64,000 nucleotides of DNA from an uncultured Opitutales bacterium. Lineage in GTDB: Bacteria; Verrucomicrobiota; Verrucomicrobiia; Opitutales; CAZQIE01. Positions 1-8,283 of this stretch are shown piece after piece (positions within the stretch are counted from its first letter, which is position 1; the number at the start of each line of letters is the position of its first letter). Both the position numbers and the translations under genes were made by a program. The notes under the pieces are model-generated. The model saw only the letters and a list, made by a program, of their open reading frames with translations, did not search any database and had not been told where the DNA came from. The DNA is taken from contig CAZQIE010000006.1 in NCBI GenBank assembly GCA_964593675.1, forward strand, positions 2,449-66,448, given 5' to 3'.

Positions 1-535
1 TCGTCATGCCTTGCAGCGCCTCTGGCAACTGGAGGCCAAGCGGCAGGCGGTCCGGGTGCCGGAAATGCTGGATCAGCCCCGACACGACTGCGGCGAGGCC
101 CACGACCTGCAAGCCCGCCATAAACACGACTTGCTGGGCGCGCCCCCTGACGTTGTGTACGACAACCCACAGCACAATAAAAGCGAGCAGCGCGGCCAGG
201 AGCTCCCGTTTCGCCAGCCAGGCGGCTTGGCTGAAGAAGAACGTGCCGATCCCCAGAAGCAGCAGCGCTGGCACGAAAAGCAAGGGCAGCCGGCTCACAC
301 GTCGCGCACTGTCCGGGGCCACCAGCAGCCAGAGCCCGTGCAGCAGCACAAGCACCGCGCCCAGATGCAGCCCGGTCTCCAGGCCTTCCGGACGCATCCC
401 GCCCAGCGCGAACGTGATTTTCGCTATCAACGTGAGCACTGTTCCGGTTACGGCCCAGTCCACCAGATTCGCCGGCGAAAAATCCAGCGACTGGTCGAAT
501 TTGCTCAGAAACGATCTGATCTTGCTATCTGGCAT
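1..535 (-). CDS. polytopic membrane protein, N-terminal part (gene runs off the left edge)
   Basis: It is absent from the ORF track because no stop codon lies in the window. The reverse-strand ATG (CAT at 533-535) opens a stop-free frame to base 1: MPDSKIRSFLSKFDQSLDFSPANLVDWAVTGTVLTLIAKITFALGG...LHGLWLLVAPDS...LLFVPALLLLGIGTFFF. The frame has several hydrophobic helices. The + strand ORFs 6..578 and 11..547 are Arg/Pro/Ser-rich shadow frames. Confidence 0.45.
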   Translation of the reverse strand, partial: MPDSKIRSFLSKFDQSLDFSPANLVDWAVTGTVLTLIAKITFALGGMRPEGLETGLHLGAVLVLLHGLWLLVAPDSARRVSRLPLLFVPALLLLGIGTFFFSQAAWLAKRELLAALLAFIVLWVVVHNVRGRAQQVVFMAGLQVVGLAAVVSGLIQHFRHPDRLPLGLQLPEALQGMT

Positions 536-645
536 CTATTGTGCTGACTGGTGCTCGCTCGTTAGCCAAGGGGGTTGAACCTGTTGTTCGACGGGCTGTT
601 CATACGGAAAAGTCTTAAACAATCGAATCGAAAAATACGAAACCC

Positions 646-2055
646 ATGACTCCGAAAGAAGTATTGGCTCTGGCCAAGGCAAAGGACGTCAAGATCGTGG
701 ACTTCAAGTTCTGCGACATTCATGGGACCTGGCAGCACTTTGCCGTCCCCACGAACGAGCTGACTGAGGAGGTCTTCCAGGAAGGCCTCGGCTTCGACGG
801 CTCCTCGATCCGTGGCTGGAAGGGCATTGAGTCCTCGGACATGCTCGTCATCCCGGATGCCTCCACGGCCTTCATCGACCCGTTCAGCCAGTATGCCACG
901 CTGAGCCTCATCTGTGACGTTGAGGACCCGAAGACCCGCGAGCCCTACGACCGGTCGCCCCGCGGTATCGCCCGCAAGGCTGAAGCTTACCTCAAGACCA
1001 CCGGCATCGCCGACACGGCGTTCTTCGGCCCTGAGGCGGAGTTCTTCATCTTCGACGACGTCCGCTACTCCACCAGCTCCAACCAGAGCTACTACTTCGT
1101 GGACAGCAACGAGGCCGTCTGGAACACCGGCAAGGAAGAGTTCCCGAACCTCGGCTACAAGATCCGCCACAAGGAAGGCTACCTGCCCGTTCCCCCGGCT
1201 GACCAGCTCGTCACCATCCGTAATGAGATGATCCTTACGATGATGCAGCTCGGTATCGCCATTGAGCGCGAGCACCACGAAGTCGCCACGGCCGGCCAGG
1301 CTGAGATCGACCTGCGCTTCGACACGCTGCTCAAGATGGGCGACAAGATGTGCTTGTATAAGTACATCGTGAAGAATGTTGCCTTCAAGCACGGCAAGAC
1401 CGTGACGTTCATGCCCAAGCCGCTCTTCGGCGACAATGGCTCCGGCATGCACACGCACTTCTCGCTCTGGAAGGGCGGCAAGCCGACGTTCTACGGCAAC
1501 GGCTACGCCAACCTCTCCGACGACGCGATCTACGCCATCGGCGGTATGCTGCACCACGCGCCCGCTCTGTGCGCGATCTGCAACCCGACGAACAACTCCT
1601 ACAAGCGTCTCGTCCCGGGCTACGAAGCCCCCGTTACGCTCGCCTACTCGGCCTCCAACCGCTCGGCCATCTGCCGCATCCCGGCCTACAGCCCGAGCCC
1701 GAAGGCCAAGCGCGTGGAGTTCCGCTGTCCGGACCCCGCGGGCAACCCGTACCTGGTTTGCGCCGCGCTCATGATGGCCGCCCTCGACGGTATCCAGAAC
1801 AAGATCCATCCGGGCGAACCTATGGACAAGAACCTCTACGATCTCCCGCCCGAGGAAGCCGCGAACCTCAAGTTCGTGCCGGACTCGCTCAAGGGCTCGC
1901 TCGAGGCTCTCGCCAAGGACCACGAGTTCCTGCTCAAGGGCAACGTCTTCACGAAGGACTTCATCGAGAACTTCATCGCGATGAAGACCGCCGAGTACGA
2001 CGCCGTCCGCCTGCGCCCGCACCCGTACGAGTACTTCATGTACTTCGACGTCTAA
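646..2055 (+). CDS. glnA: glutamine synthetase, type I
   Basis: The 469-aa protein looks like GS-I along its whole length (KIVDFKFCDIHG, FDGSSIRGW, NGSGMHTHFSLW, NSYKRLVPGYEAP). A hairpin plus T-tract terminator follows. Confidence 0.97.
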   Translation: MTPKEVLALAKAKDVKIVDFKFCDIHGTWQHFAVPTNELTEEVFQEGLGFDGSSIRGWKGIESSDMLVIPDASTAFIDPFSQYATLSLICDVEDPKTREPYDRSPRGIARKAEAYLKTTGIADTAFFGPEAEFFIFDDVRYSTSSNQSYYFVDSNEAVWNTGKEEFPNLGYKIRHKEGYLPVPPADQLVTIRNEMILTMMQLGIAIEREHHEVATAGQAEIDLRFDTLLKMGDKMCLYKYIVKNVAFKHGKTVTFMPKPLFGDNGSGMHTHFSLWKGGKPTFYGNGYANLSDDAIYAIGGMLHHAPALCAICNPTNNSYKRLVPGYEAPVTLAYSASNRSAICRIPAYSPSPKAKRVEFRCPDPAGNPYLVCAALMMAALDGIQNKIHPGEPMDKNLYDLPPEEAANLKFVPDSLKGSLEALAKDHEFLLKGNVFTKDFIENFIAMKTAEYDAVRLRPHPYEYFMYFDV

Positions 2056-2091
2056 ACCGGACGCACGAAGCCAAAAGCTTCCCTACAAAAA

Positions 2092-2128
2092 GCCGGCAGC
2101 CCGTTCGCGGGTTGCCGGTTTTTTTTGG
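2092..2128 (+). terminator. intrinsic terminator of glnA
   Basis: GCCGGCAGCCCG-TTCG-CGGGTTGCCGG stem-loop followed by TTTTTTTT. Confidence 0.85.
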
Positions 2129-2138
2129 CCCCGGAATG

Positions 2139-2264
2139 GAGCACTTCAGTTCCAACTTGCCGCACGCGTCACCTCCCTCCCGTACCCGTGCCGACGCGAG
2201 GATGGGGAGGCGCCCACGCTCGCCGCACAGTCGGCTTAAGCGACAACTTAAGGTAGAAGTGCTC
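2139..2264 (+). repeat. copy A of a dispersed ~125-nt repeat with terminal inverted repeats
   Basis: The 5' end GAGCACTTC pairs with the 3' end GAAGTGCTC(TAG). The core GCCGACGCGAGGATGGGGAGGCGCCCACGCTCGCCGCA...CTTAAGCGACAACTTAAGG recurs at 54337..54458 (inverted) and 53604..53731. Confidence 0.75.
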
Positions 2265-2480
2265 TAGGCGCTCACGCGCGGGCCGGTTTGTTTTTTGGGA
2301 ATATTTTGCGGAACCCGGCGCTCTTACACCCTGTTCGCGCACCGCTTTCCAAAATTTGCCGGGCAGGACTGCCCCGCCTGACTGCGAGCTGGAAAGCCAC
2401 GCGCGATCTGCCATAAAAACGGGCGCCGCCGGACTTGCCCCTTTTGGCAACGCACACCCTCCGGCACGCCCACACGCCTT

Positions 2481-3470
2481 ATGCCCTCCAACCTCGCCGA
2501 GCTGAACGAAACCGTGAAGAACGCCGCGGCCTGGACCAGCCTCCTTCGCCAGGAAATTGGCCGCGTGATCGTTGGCCAGCAATATCTGGTGGACCGCCTC
2601 ATCGTCGGCCTGCTGGCCAACGGCCATGTCCTGCTCGAAGGCGTGCCCGGCCTCGCCAAGACGCTTTCCGTCAAAACGCTCGCCGGCGCGATCCAGGCCC
2701 AGTTCCAGCGCATCCAGTTTACGCCCGACCTCCTGCCGGCGGACATTGTCGGCACCCTCATCTACAACCCGAAGGACGGCACGTTCCTGACAAAGAAGGG
2801 GCCGGTGTTCGCAAACATCGTGCTCGCGGACGAGATCAACCGCGCCCCCGCGAAGGTCCAAAGCGCCCTGCTCGAAGCCATGCAGGAGCGGCAGGTCACG
2901 CTGGGTGACGAAACGCATAAACTGCCGGAGCCGTTCCTCGTGCTGGCGACGGAAAACCCGATCGACCAGGAAGGCACCTACCCGCTGCCCGAGGCCCAGG
3001 TTGACCGCTTCATGTTCAAGCTCGTCGTCAGTTACCCGAGCCGACAGGAGGAGCGGAAAATTCTCGACGCCATGGCTTCCACCGCGCCCAACACCGATGT
3101 GCGGCCGGTCATCAGCCCGCGCGACATCCTGGAGGCCCGCCGTGTCGTCGACTCCATCTACGTGGACGACAAGATCAAGGACTACATCGTGGACGTCGTC
3201 CTGGCCACGCGCCAACCCAGCCGCTACAACGTTAAGCTCGATCACGCCGTGCAGTTCGGCGCCTCACCCCGCGCGACCATCGCGCTCATGCTGGCCGCAA
3301 AAGCCTGGGCCTTCCTCAATGGACGGGGCTTCGTGACGCCGCAGGACGTGAAGACCATCGGGCTCGACGTGCTCCGCCACCGCGTGATCATCACGTACGA
3401 GGCAGAAGCCGAAAACCTGACGAGCGAGGATGTCGTCAAGCGCGTGTTCGACACGCTCCCCGTGCCGTAG
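2481..3470 (+). CDS. moxR: MoxR-family AAA+ ATPase
   Basis: 329 aa with Walker A LLEGVPGLAKT and Walker B VLADEINRA. It is the first gene of a Bat-type operon. Confidence 0.95.
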   Translation: MPSNLAELNETVKNAAAWTSLLRQEIGRVIVGQQYLVDRLIVGLLANGHVLLEGVPGLAKTLSVKTLAGAIQAQFQRIQFTPDLLPADIVGTLIYNPKDGTFLTKKGPVFANIVLADEINRAPAKVQSALLEAMQERQVTLGDETHKLPEPFLVLATENPIDQEGTYPLPEAQVDRFMFKLVVSYPSRQEERKILDAMASTAPNTDVRPVISPRDILEARRVVDSIYVDDKIKDYIVDVVLATRQPSRYNVKLDHAVQFGASPRATIALMLAAKAWAFLNGRGFVTPQDVKTIGLDVLRHRVIITYEAEAENLTSEDVVKRVFDTLPVP

Positions 3471-3522
3471 TGAGATTCCGGATACACGGAACTAGTTTCA
3501 CCCATTCCTATCGCTTCCGCCC

Positions 3523-4455
3523 ATGGACCAGTCTGAGCTTACGCGCCAGATCCTGAAGAAAGTCCGGCAGGTCGAAATCCGCACAAACCGGCTGGCGGCG
3601 GAAGCTTTGTCCGGGTCCTACCACAGCGTGTTCAAGGGGCAGGGGCTGCATTTTGAGGAAGTCCGCGAATACGCACCGGGCGATGACGTCCGCAGCATTG
3701 ATTGGAATGTCACGGCAAAGATGGACCGGCCGTTTGTGAAGAAATTCCGCGAGGAACGCGAACTCACGCTCATGCTCGTTGTTGACGTCAGCGGCTCCGG
3801 CGCGTTCGGCTCGGCAGACCAGAGCAAGCGGGAACTCGCCGCCGAGCTGGCAAGCGTCCTGGCCTTTTCCGCGACGCGCAACAACGACAAGGTCGGCCTG
3901 TGCCTGTTTACCGACCGCGTGGAGCAGTTCATGCCGCCGCGCAAAGGGCGCAGTCACGTGCTTCGCGTGATCCGCGAAGTCCTGTTCCACGAGCCCCAAG
4001 GTGTGGGCACAAATATCTCCGCCGCGCTGGACCACGTGAACCGCATTCTCAAGCGCCGAGCCGTCGTGTTCCTGCTATCCGATTTCCTCCAGGTCCTCGA
4101 CGGCAAGCTGCCGGTCCCCGGCACGCCAGCCGGCCAGGCGCTATTCCAGGCGCTCGCGCTGACGAACCGGCGTCACGACCTCATAACAGCCGTGTTGTCT
4201 GATCCGCGTGAACTCGAGCTCCCGGAGGTCGGGCTCCTCACGCTTGAGGACGCGGAAACGGGCCAGGTCGTGGAAGTCGACACCTCGACCCCGTCCGTGC
4301 GCAGGCGCTATGCGGAGCAGAACAAGCGCCGACAGGCGGAACTGCGGCGCGGCTTGCGGCAGGCTGGCGTCGACGTGCTCGAGCTTTCCACCGACGCCCC
4401 CTACGTCCTGCCACTCCGCCAATTTTTCGAAAACCGGGCGAAACGTTTCCGATGA
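3523..4455 (+). CDS. DUF58 (vWA-like) protein
   Basis: 310 aa. The motif REYAPGDDVRSIDW is typical of the DUF58 partners of MoxR. The stop overlaps the next start (ATGA). Confidence 0.9.
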   Translation: MDQSELTRQILKKVRQVEIRTNRLAAEALSGSYHSVFKGQGLHFEEVREYAPGDDVRSIDWNVTAKMDRPFVKKFREERELTLMLVVDVSGSGAFGSADQSKRELAAELASVLAFSATRNNDKVGLCLFTDRVEQFMPPRKGRSHVLRVIREVLFHEPQGVGTNISAALDHVNRILKRRAVVFLLSDFLQVLDGKLPVPGTPAGQALFQALALTNRRHDLITAVLSDPRELELPEVGLLTLEDAETGQVVEVDTSTPSVRRRYAEQNKRRQAELRRGLRQAGVDVLELSTDAPYVLPLRQFFENRAKRFR

Positions 4456-5129
4456 CCCGCCGCCGCTCCAGTCTTCGTGTCGCTCTCCTTTGGCTGGCGC
4501 TCGTTCTTCCAGCCGCGGGCCAGCTCATCATCCCTCAAGGGCCCCCGCCAGCGGGCGGACCTGCGGTCGCGCCAGCCGCCGCCCAACCGGTGCCGACGCA
4601 ACAGGAACCGGAAGACGACATCCGCGACATACGCGAGCCCATCCCGCGCACGTTCTGGGAACGCCATGGCCTGGCCGTTTCCGTCGGCTCGGTTGTCGCG
4701 CTTGCGCTTGCAGGGCTGCTTGCGCGGCGGCTCCTGCGCCGTAAGCCCGTCTCCCCGCCGAGCCCCTACGAAATCGCCCGTCGCGAGCTTGAGGCCGCCA
4801 AGGTACTTTGCACGCAGGGCGCTGACGAGGCTCTTGCCCGGGCGTTGTCGGATGCGGTCAGGCGGTATTTGGAAAATGGATACCAGTTGCCCGCGCCCGA
4901 GCGCACGACTGAGGAGTTTTTGGAAGCCCTCGCGCGTGAGTCCCGTTTGCCGAGCGACGCCGCCCGCCTCTTGGGCGAGTTTCTCGCAGCCTGCGACCTC
5001 GCCAAGTTCGCACGCCATGCGTTCCACGACGCCGAACGTGGCGAGCTTTACGCGCGTGCCGTCCGCTTCGTCGATGAGGCCGAGCGGGCCCGCCAGCCCG
5101 TTCACGACGGGAAAGGAGGGGCCTCATGA
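4452..5129 (+). CDS. DUF4381-like membrane protein of the Bat operon
   Basis: 225 aa with a signal/TM segment, a Pro-rich spacer, a second TM and a helical C-terminus. It is ATGA-coupled on both sides and sits in the position usually held by DUF4381 in Bat operons. Confidence 0.7.
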   Translation: MTRRRSSLRVALLWLALVLPAAGQLIIPQGPPPAGGPAVAPAAAQPVPTQQEPEDDIRDIREPIPRTFWERHGLAVSVGSVVALALAGLLARRLLRRKPVSPPSPYEIARRELEAAKVLCTQGADEALARALSDAVRRYLENGYQLPAPERTTEEFLEALARESRLPSDAARLLGEFLAACDLAKFARHAFHDAERGELYARAVRFVDEAERARQPVHDGKGGAS

Positions 5130-6169
5130 ACCTGCTCGGCGGCTTCGAATTCGCGTTTCCACAGGCGCTCTGGCTGCTCCTGCTCCTGCCTGTCCTTGCG
5201 GTGCTCCGCGGGCGCCAGGGACGCCTTGCGGCCGTGCGGTTTTCCAGCACCGCGGTCGCGCGGGAAGTCAGCGGGGTTTCGCGCTCAAGGGCGGGACATT
5301 TCCTGTTCGCATTACGCCTGTTCGCGCTGGCGCTTCTCATTGTCGGACTGGCTCGCCCGCGCCTTGGCCAGGGGCAATCCGATGTCGAGTCGAGTGGCAT
5401 AGATATCGTGCTCGCGGTCGATGTCTCCGGGTCCATGGCCGCGCTGGACTTTTCGGATAACCGCCCACTCACGCGCATCGACGCACTCAAAGTGGTTCTC
5501 GAGGACTTTATACGGAAGCGCAAAAGCGACCGCCTCGGCCTCGTAACTTTCGCCACGCAACCGTACCTCGTGAGCCCGCTCACGCTGAACCACGACTGGC
5601 TCCTCCAGAACCTGCGGCGCATTGACATCGGCCTCATCGACGGTAGCCGCACGGCCATCGGGTCGGCGCTCGGAGTCGCCGTGAACCGGCTGCGCGACCT
5701 CAAGGACGCGAAGAGCCGGGTCGTGGTCCTGCTGACTGATGGCGAGAACAACGCGGGCCGGATAAGCCCCGTGGCTGCGGCGGAAGCGGCGGCAGCCTAT
5801 GGCGTGAGGGTGTACGCGATCGCCGCGGGCAAGTCGGGCCGCGTGATGGTCGCGCAGACGGACCGTGCCGGGCGTGTCCTACGGGATTCGCGTGGTCAGC
5901 CGGTACAGGGTGGCTACGCGGAAACCGGCATTGATGAAAAGACGTTGCAGGAAGTGGCGCGTCTCACCAACGGCCGCTTCTTCCGGGCCGAGGACGCAGG
6001 TTCCCTCGCACGGATTTACGACGAGATCGACAGGCTGGAGCGCACAGAAGTTAAACTCCGCCACTACACGAATTACACGGAACTTTTCTGGGTGCCCGCA
6101 GTCCTCGCACTCACTCTGCTCGGGCTTGAGCAACTGCTGGCCAACACGCGGTACAGGAGGCTGCCATGA
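5126..6169 (+). CDS. batA: BatA-like vWA-domain membrane protein
   Basis: 347 aa with an N-terminal TM (FEFAFPQALWLLLLLP), a vWA MIDAS motif (VDVSGSM) and a C-terminal TM. Confidence 0.9.
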   Translation: MNLLGGFEFAFPQALWLLLLLPVLAVLRGRQGRLAAVRFSSTAVAREVSGVSRSRAGHFLFALRLFALALLIVGLARPRLGQGQSDVESSGIDIVLAVDVSGSMAALDFSDNRPLTRIDALKVVLEDFIRKRKSDRLGLVTFATQPYLVSPLTLNHDWLLQNLRRIDIGLIDGSRTAIGSALGVAVNRLRDLKDAKSRVVVLLTDGENNAGRISPVAAAEAAAAYGVRVYAIAAGKSGRVMVAQTDRAGRVLRDSRGQPVQGGYAETGIDEKTLQEVARLTNGRFFRAEDAGSLARIYDEIDRLERTEVKLRHYTNYTELFWVPAVLALTLLGLEQLLANTRYRRLP

Positions 6170-8283
6170 CCTTCGAGTATCCCATACTGCTCTATCTTTC
6201 CCCAGTCGTCGCCGTGCTGCTCGCGCTGTTTTTTCGCTGGAGTTCGCGGACGCGCGCGCGGCTGCTGGAGCGGTTTGCGGCGTCGCGGCTGCTCCCGGGG
6301 CTGCTGGCCTCCCATAGCCCTGCGATGCGTGCCGTAAAGCACGGTTGCGTGGTGACGGCTGTGCTCCTGATCGTTCTCGCTTTGGCGCGGCCGCAAGTCG
6401 GCTACGAGTGGCGCGAGGTCACCACACGGGGTGTGGATGTCGTGTTTGCCGTGGATGCGTCTCGAAGCATGTTAGCCGAGGACGTCCGTCCGAACCGCCT
6501 CGAGCGTGTGCGCCTGGCGGTGTTCGACCTCCTCCCGCGGCTGAAGGGTGACCGTATCGGGCTCGTCGCCTTTGCGGGAACCTCGTTCCTGCAATGCCCG
6601 CTCACGCTAGACTACGACGCGTTCCGGCAATCACTCGAGGCCGTGGACACCCAGGTCATACCGCAAGGCGGAACAAACATTGGCGCGGCCATCCGTGAGG
6701 CTGTCGAGGCGCTCGGGCCGGGGCAGAATCACAAGGCTGTCGTGCTGCTTACGGATGGCGAGGATCTCGAAGAATCGGCCGTCGAGGCCGCTCGTGAAGC
6801 GGCAAAGGCAGGCGTGGCAGTCTTCACGGTCGGTGTGGGCACCCCGGACGGTGAGCTCATACCCGTGCGGAACGAACGCGGGCAGATTGAGTATGTGCGC
6901 GATGTCGCAGGCCAGATTGTTAAGAGCCGTCTTGACGAGGCCACGCTTCGACGGGTGGCCGAGGCCGCCGGCGGTTTCTATGTTGGCCTTGGCGCCCGGG
7001 GTGAGGGGCTTCAGCAGGCCTATCAGGCTGGCGTCGAGGCTTTGCCTAAGGAGGAGAGCGGGTCCCGCCTTCAGCGCCAGCCCCTGGAACGTTTCCAGTG
7101 GCCCCTGGCTGTGGCGATTGGCCTCCTTGCGCTGGAATCTTTGCTCGGGACGCGCCGGTGGGAGTCACGTCCGCGCCTGGGGCGGTGGTTTGCCCGCGCG
7201 GCCTTGGTGGCGGCCGCGCTAGGCCTCGCTGCGACGGTAGCCCGCGCGGCGGCGCCGGAGGAGGCTCTTCTGTTGTATCAGGAAGGCAAATACGAGGAGG
7301 CCGGTTCGGCTTTTTCAGGCCAGGCAAAGGCCAACCCGAAGGACGCCCGTTTCCCCTACAACGCCGGGGCCAGCCTCTATAGGGCAGGCGACTATAAAGG
7401 CGCCGCCGAGGCCTTTAGCCAGGCTTTGTCGTCCGCAGACTTGTCTTTGCAGCAGAAGGCGTTCTACAACCTCGGCAACGCGCTTTACCGGCAGGGTGTG
7501 GAAGCAAAAAAGGCATCGCCCAAGGAGGCGCTTACGCAGTGGGAAGCGGCACTGAAGTCCTACGACAACGCCCTGGATCTGAAGCGCGACGACGTGGACT
7601 CCAAATATAACCGCGACCTCGTTCAGCGCCGGATTGAAGCGCTCAAGCGTGAGCTGGAGCGGCAGGAAAAGGCCCAAGACGGGCAGGGCGGTGAAAACAA
7701 GGACAAGCAGGACTCGAAGAACGAGGAATCCAAAAATTCGGGAAAGGACTCCCAGAAAGACCAGCAGAAGGGCGGGGGACAGGACGAGGCCCAGAAGGAT
7801 TCGCAGCAAGGGGACAAAGGGAAATCCGGCAATTCGGCGGCGCAGAAGGACAACCAGCCCGGGCAGGGTGAGCCTCAGGAATCCCCGGAAAAATCGGGAG
7901 CACAATCTGGAAAAGACGAAAAGAAACCGGAGGGCGCAGATGAGAACAAGAGTCCCGACAGTCAGTCTGATAAAGACAAACAGGCGCAGAAAGGGCGGGA
8001 GCCTCAGGCCTCTGATAAGCAACAGCCCGCCGCCGGGGCCGACCGGAAAGAGGAGTCCGGGAAGGACGGACAAAAAGGCAAGGGAGATGCCGAGGCTGCC
8101 GCGAAGGCCGCTCAGGAAGCGGGTTCGGAGGCGGATGGCGGGCGTACGGCCGTGGGCGTGATGACCCGGCAGGAAGCTCGACAAATCCTGGAAAGCCTGC
8201 GATCCATGGAACGCAAACTTCCTGTCGTTGCGCCCCGTGTCCTGCCGAGGGCAGAAGGCGACGAAACTCGAAAGGACTGGTGA
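6166..8283 (+). CDS. batB: BatB/BatC-like fusion: vWA domain, TPR repeats and a long charged low-complexity tail
   Basis: 705 aa. It has an N-terminal TM, a vWA domain (VDASRSM), a central TM, TPR-like repeats (YNAGASLYRAGDYKGAAEAF, YNLGNALYRQG) and about 170 aa of K/D/E/Q/G/S-rich sequence. Confidence 0.85.
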   Translation: MTFEYPILLYLSPVVAVLLALFFRWSSRTRARLLERFAASRLLPGLLASHSPAMRAVKHGCVVTAVLLIVLALARPQVGYEWREVTTRGVDVVFAVDASRSMLAEDVRPNRLERVRLAVFDLLPRLKGDRIGLVAFAGTSFLQCPLTLDYDAFRQSLEAVDTQVIPQGGTNIGAAIREAVEALGPGQNHKAVVLLTDGEDLEESAVEAAREAAKAGVAVFTVGVGTPDGELIPVRNERGQIEYVRDVAGQIVKSRLDEATLRRVAEAAGGFYVGLGARGEGLQQAYQAGVEALPKEESGSRLQRQPLERFQWPLAVAIGLLALESLLGTRRWESRPRLGRWFARAALVAAALGLAATVARAAAPEEALLLYQEGKYEEAGSAFSGQAKANPKDARFPYNAGASLYRAGDYKGAAEAFSQALSSADLSLQQKAFYNLGNALYRQGVEAKKASPKEALTQWEAALKSYDNALDLKRDDVDSKYNRDLVQRRIEALKRELERQEKAQDGQGGENKDKQDSKNEESKNSGKDSQKDQQKGGGQDEAQKDSQQGDKGKSGNSAAQKDNQPGQGEPQESPEKSGAQSGKDEKKPEGADENKSPDSQSDKDKQAQKGREPQASDKQQPAAGADRKEESGKDGQKGKGDAEAAAKAAQEAGSEADGGRTAVGVMTRQEARQILESLRSMERKLPVVAPRVLPRAEGDETRKDW

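Noticed and set aside
586-607. TGTTC-N7-TGTTC upstream of glnA, and TGTTCGCAGAACA inside batD (about 9064).
   Set aside because: The spacing is wrong for the N4 LexA motif. One site is inside a coding region and neither gene is an expected SOS gene.
562-2022. 486-aa ORF antisense to glnA.
   Set aside because: The composition is the Arg/Val/Gly/Asp/Glu-rich type seen in the shadow frame of a GC-rich gene, and the opposite strand encodes an unmistakable glutamine synthetase.
2203-2267. Short peptide ORF inside the repeat (ATG GGG AGG... = MGRRPRSPHSRLKRQLKVEVL in copy A, MGRTRSPQRRRKRRL... in copy C).
   Set aside because: Copy B has an indel that shifts the frame (MGASTLAAATA stop), and the GAGG lies directly against the ATG with no spacing. 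Conservation is at the nucleotide level, not the peptide level.
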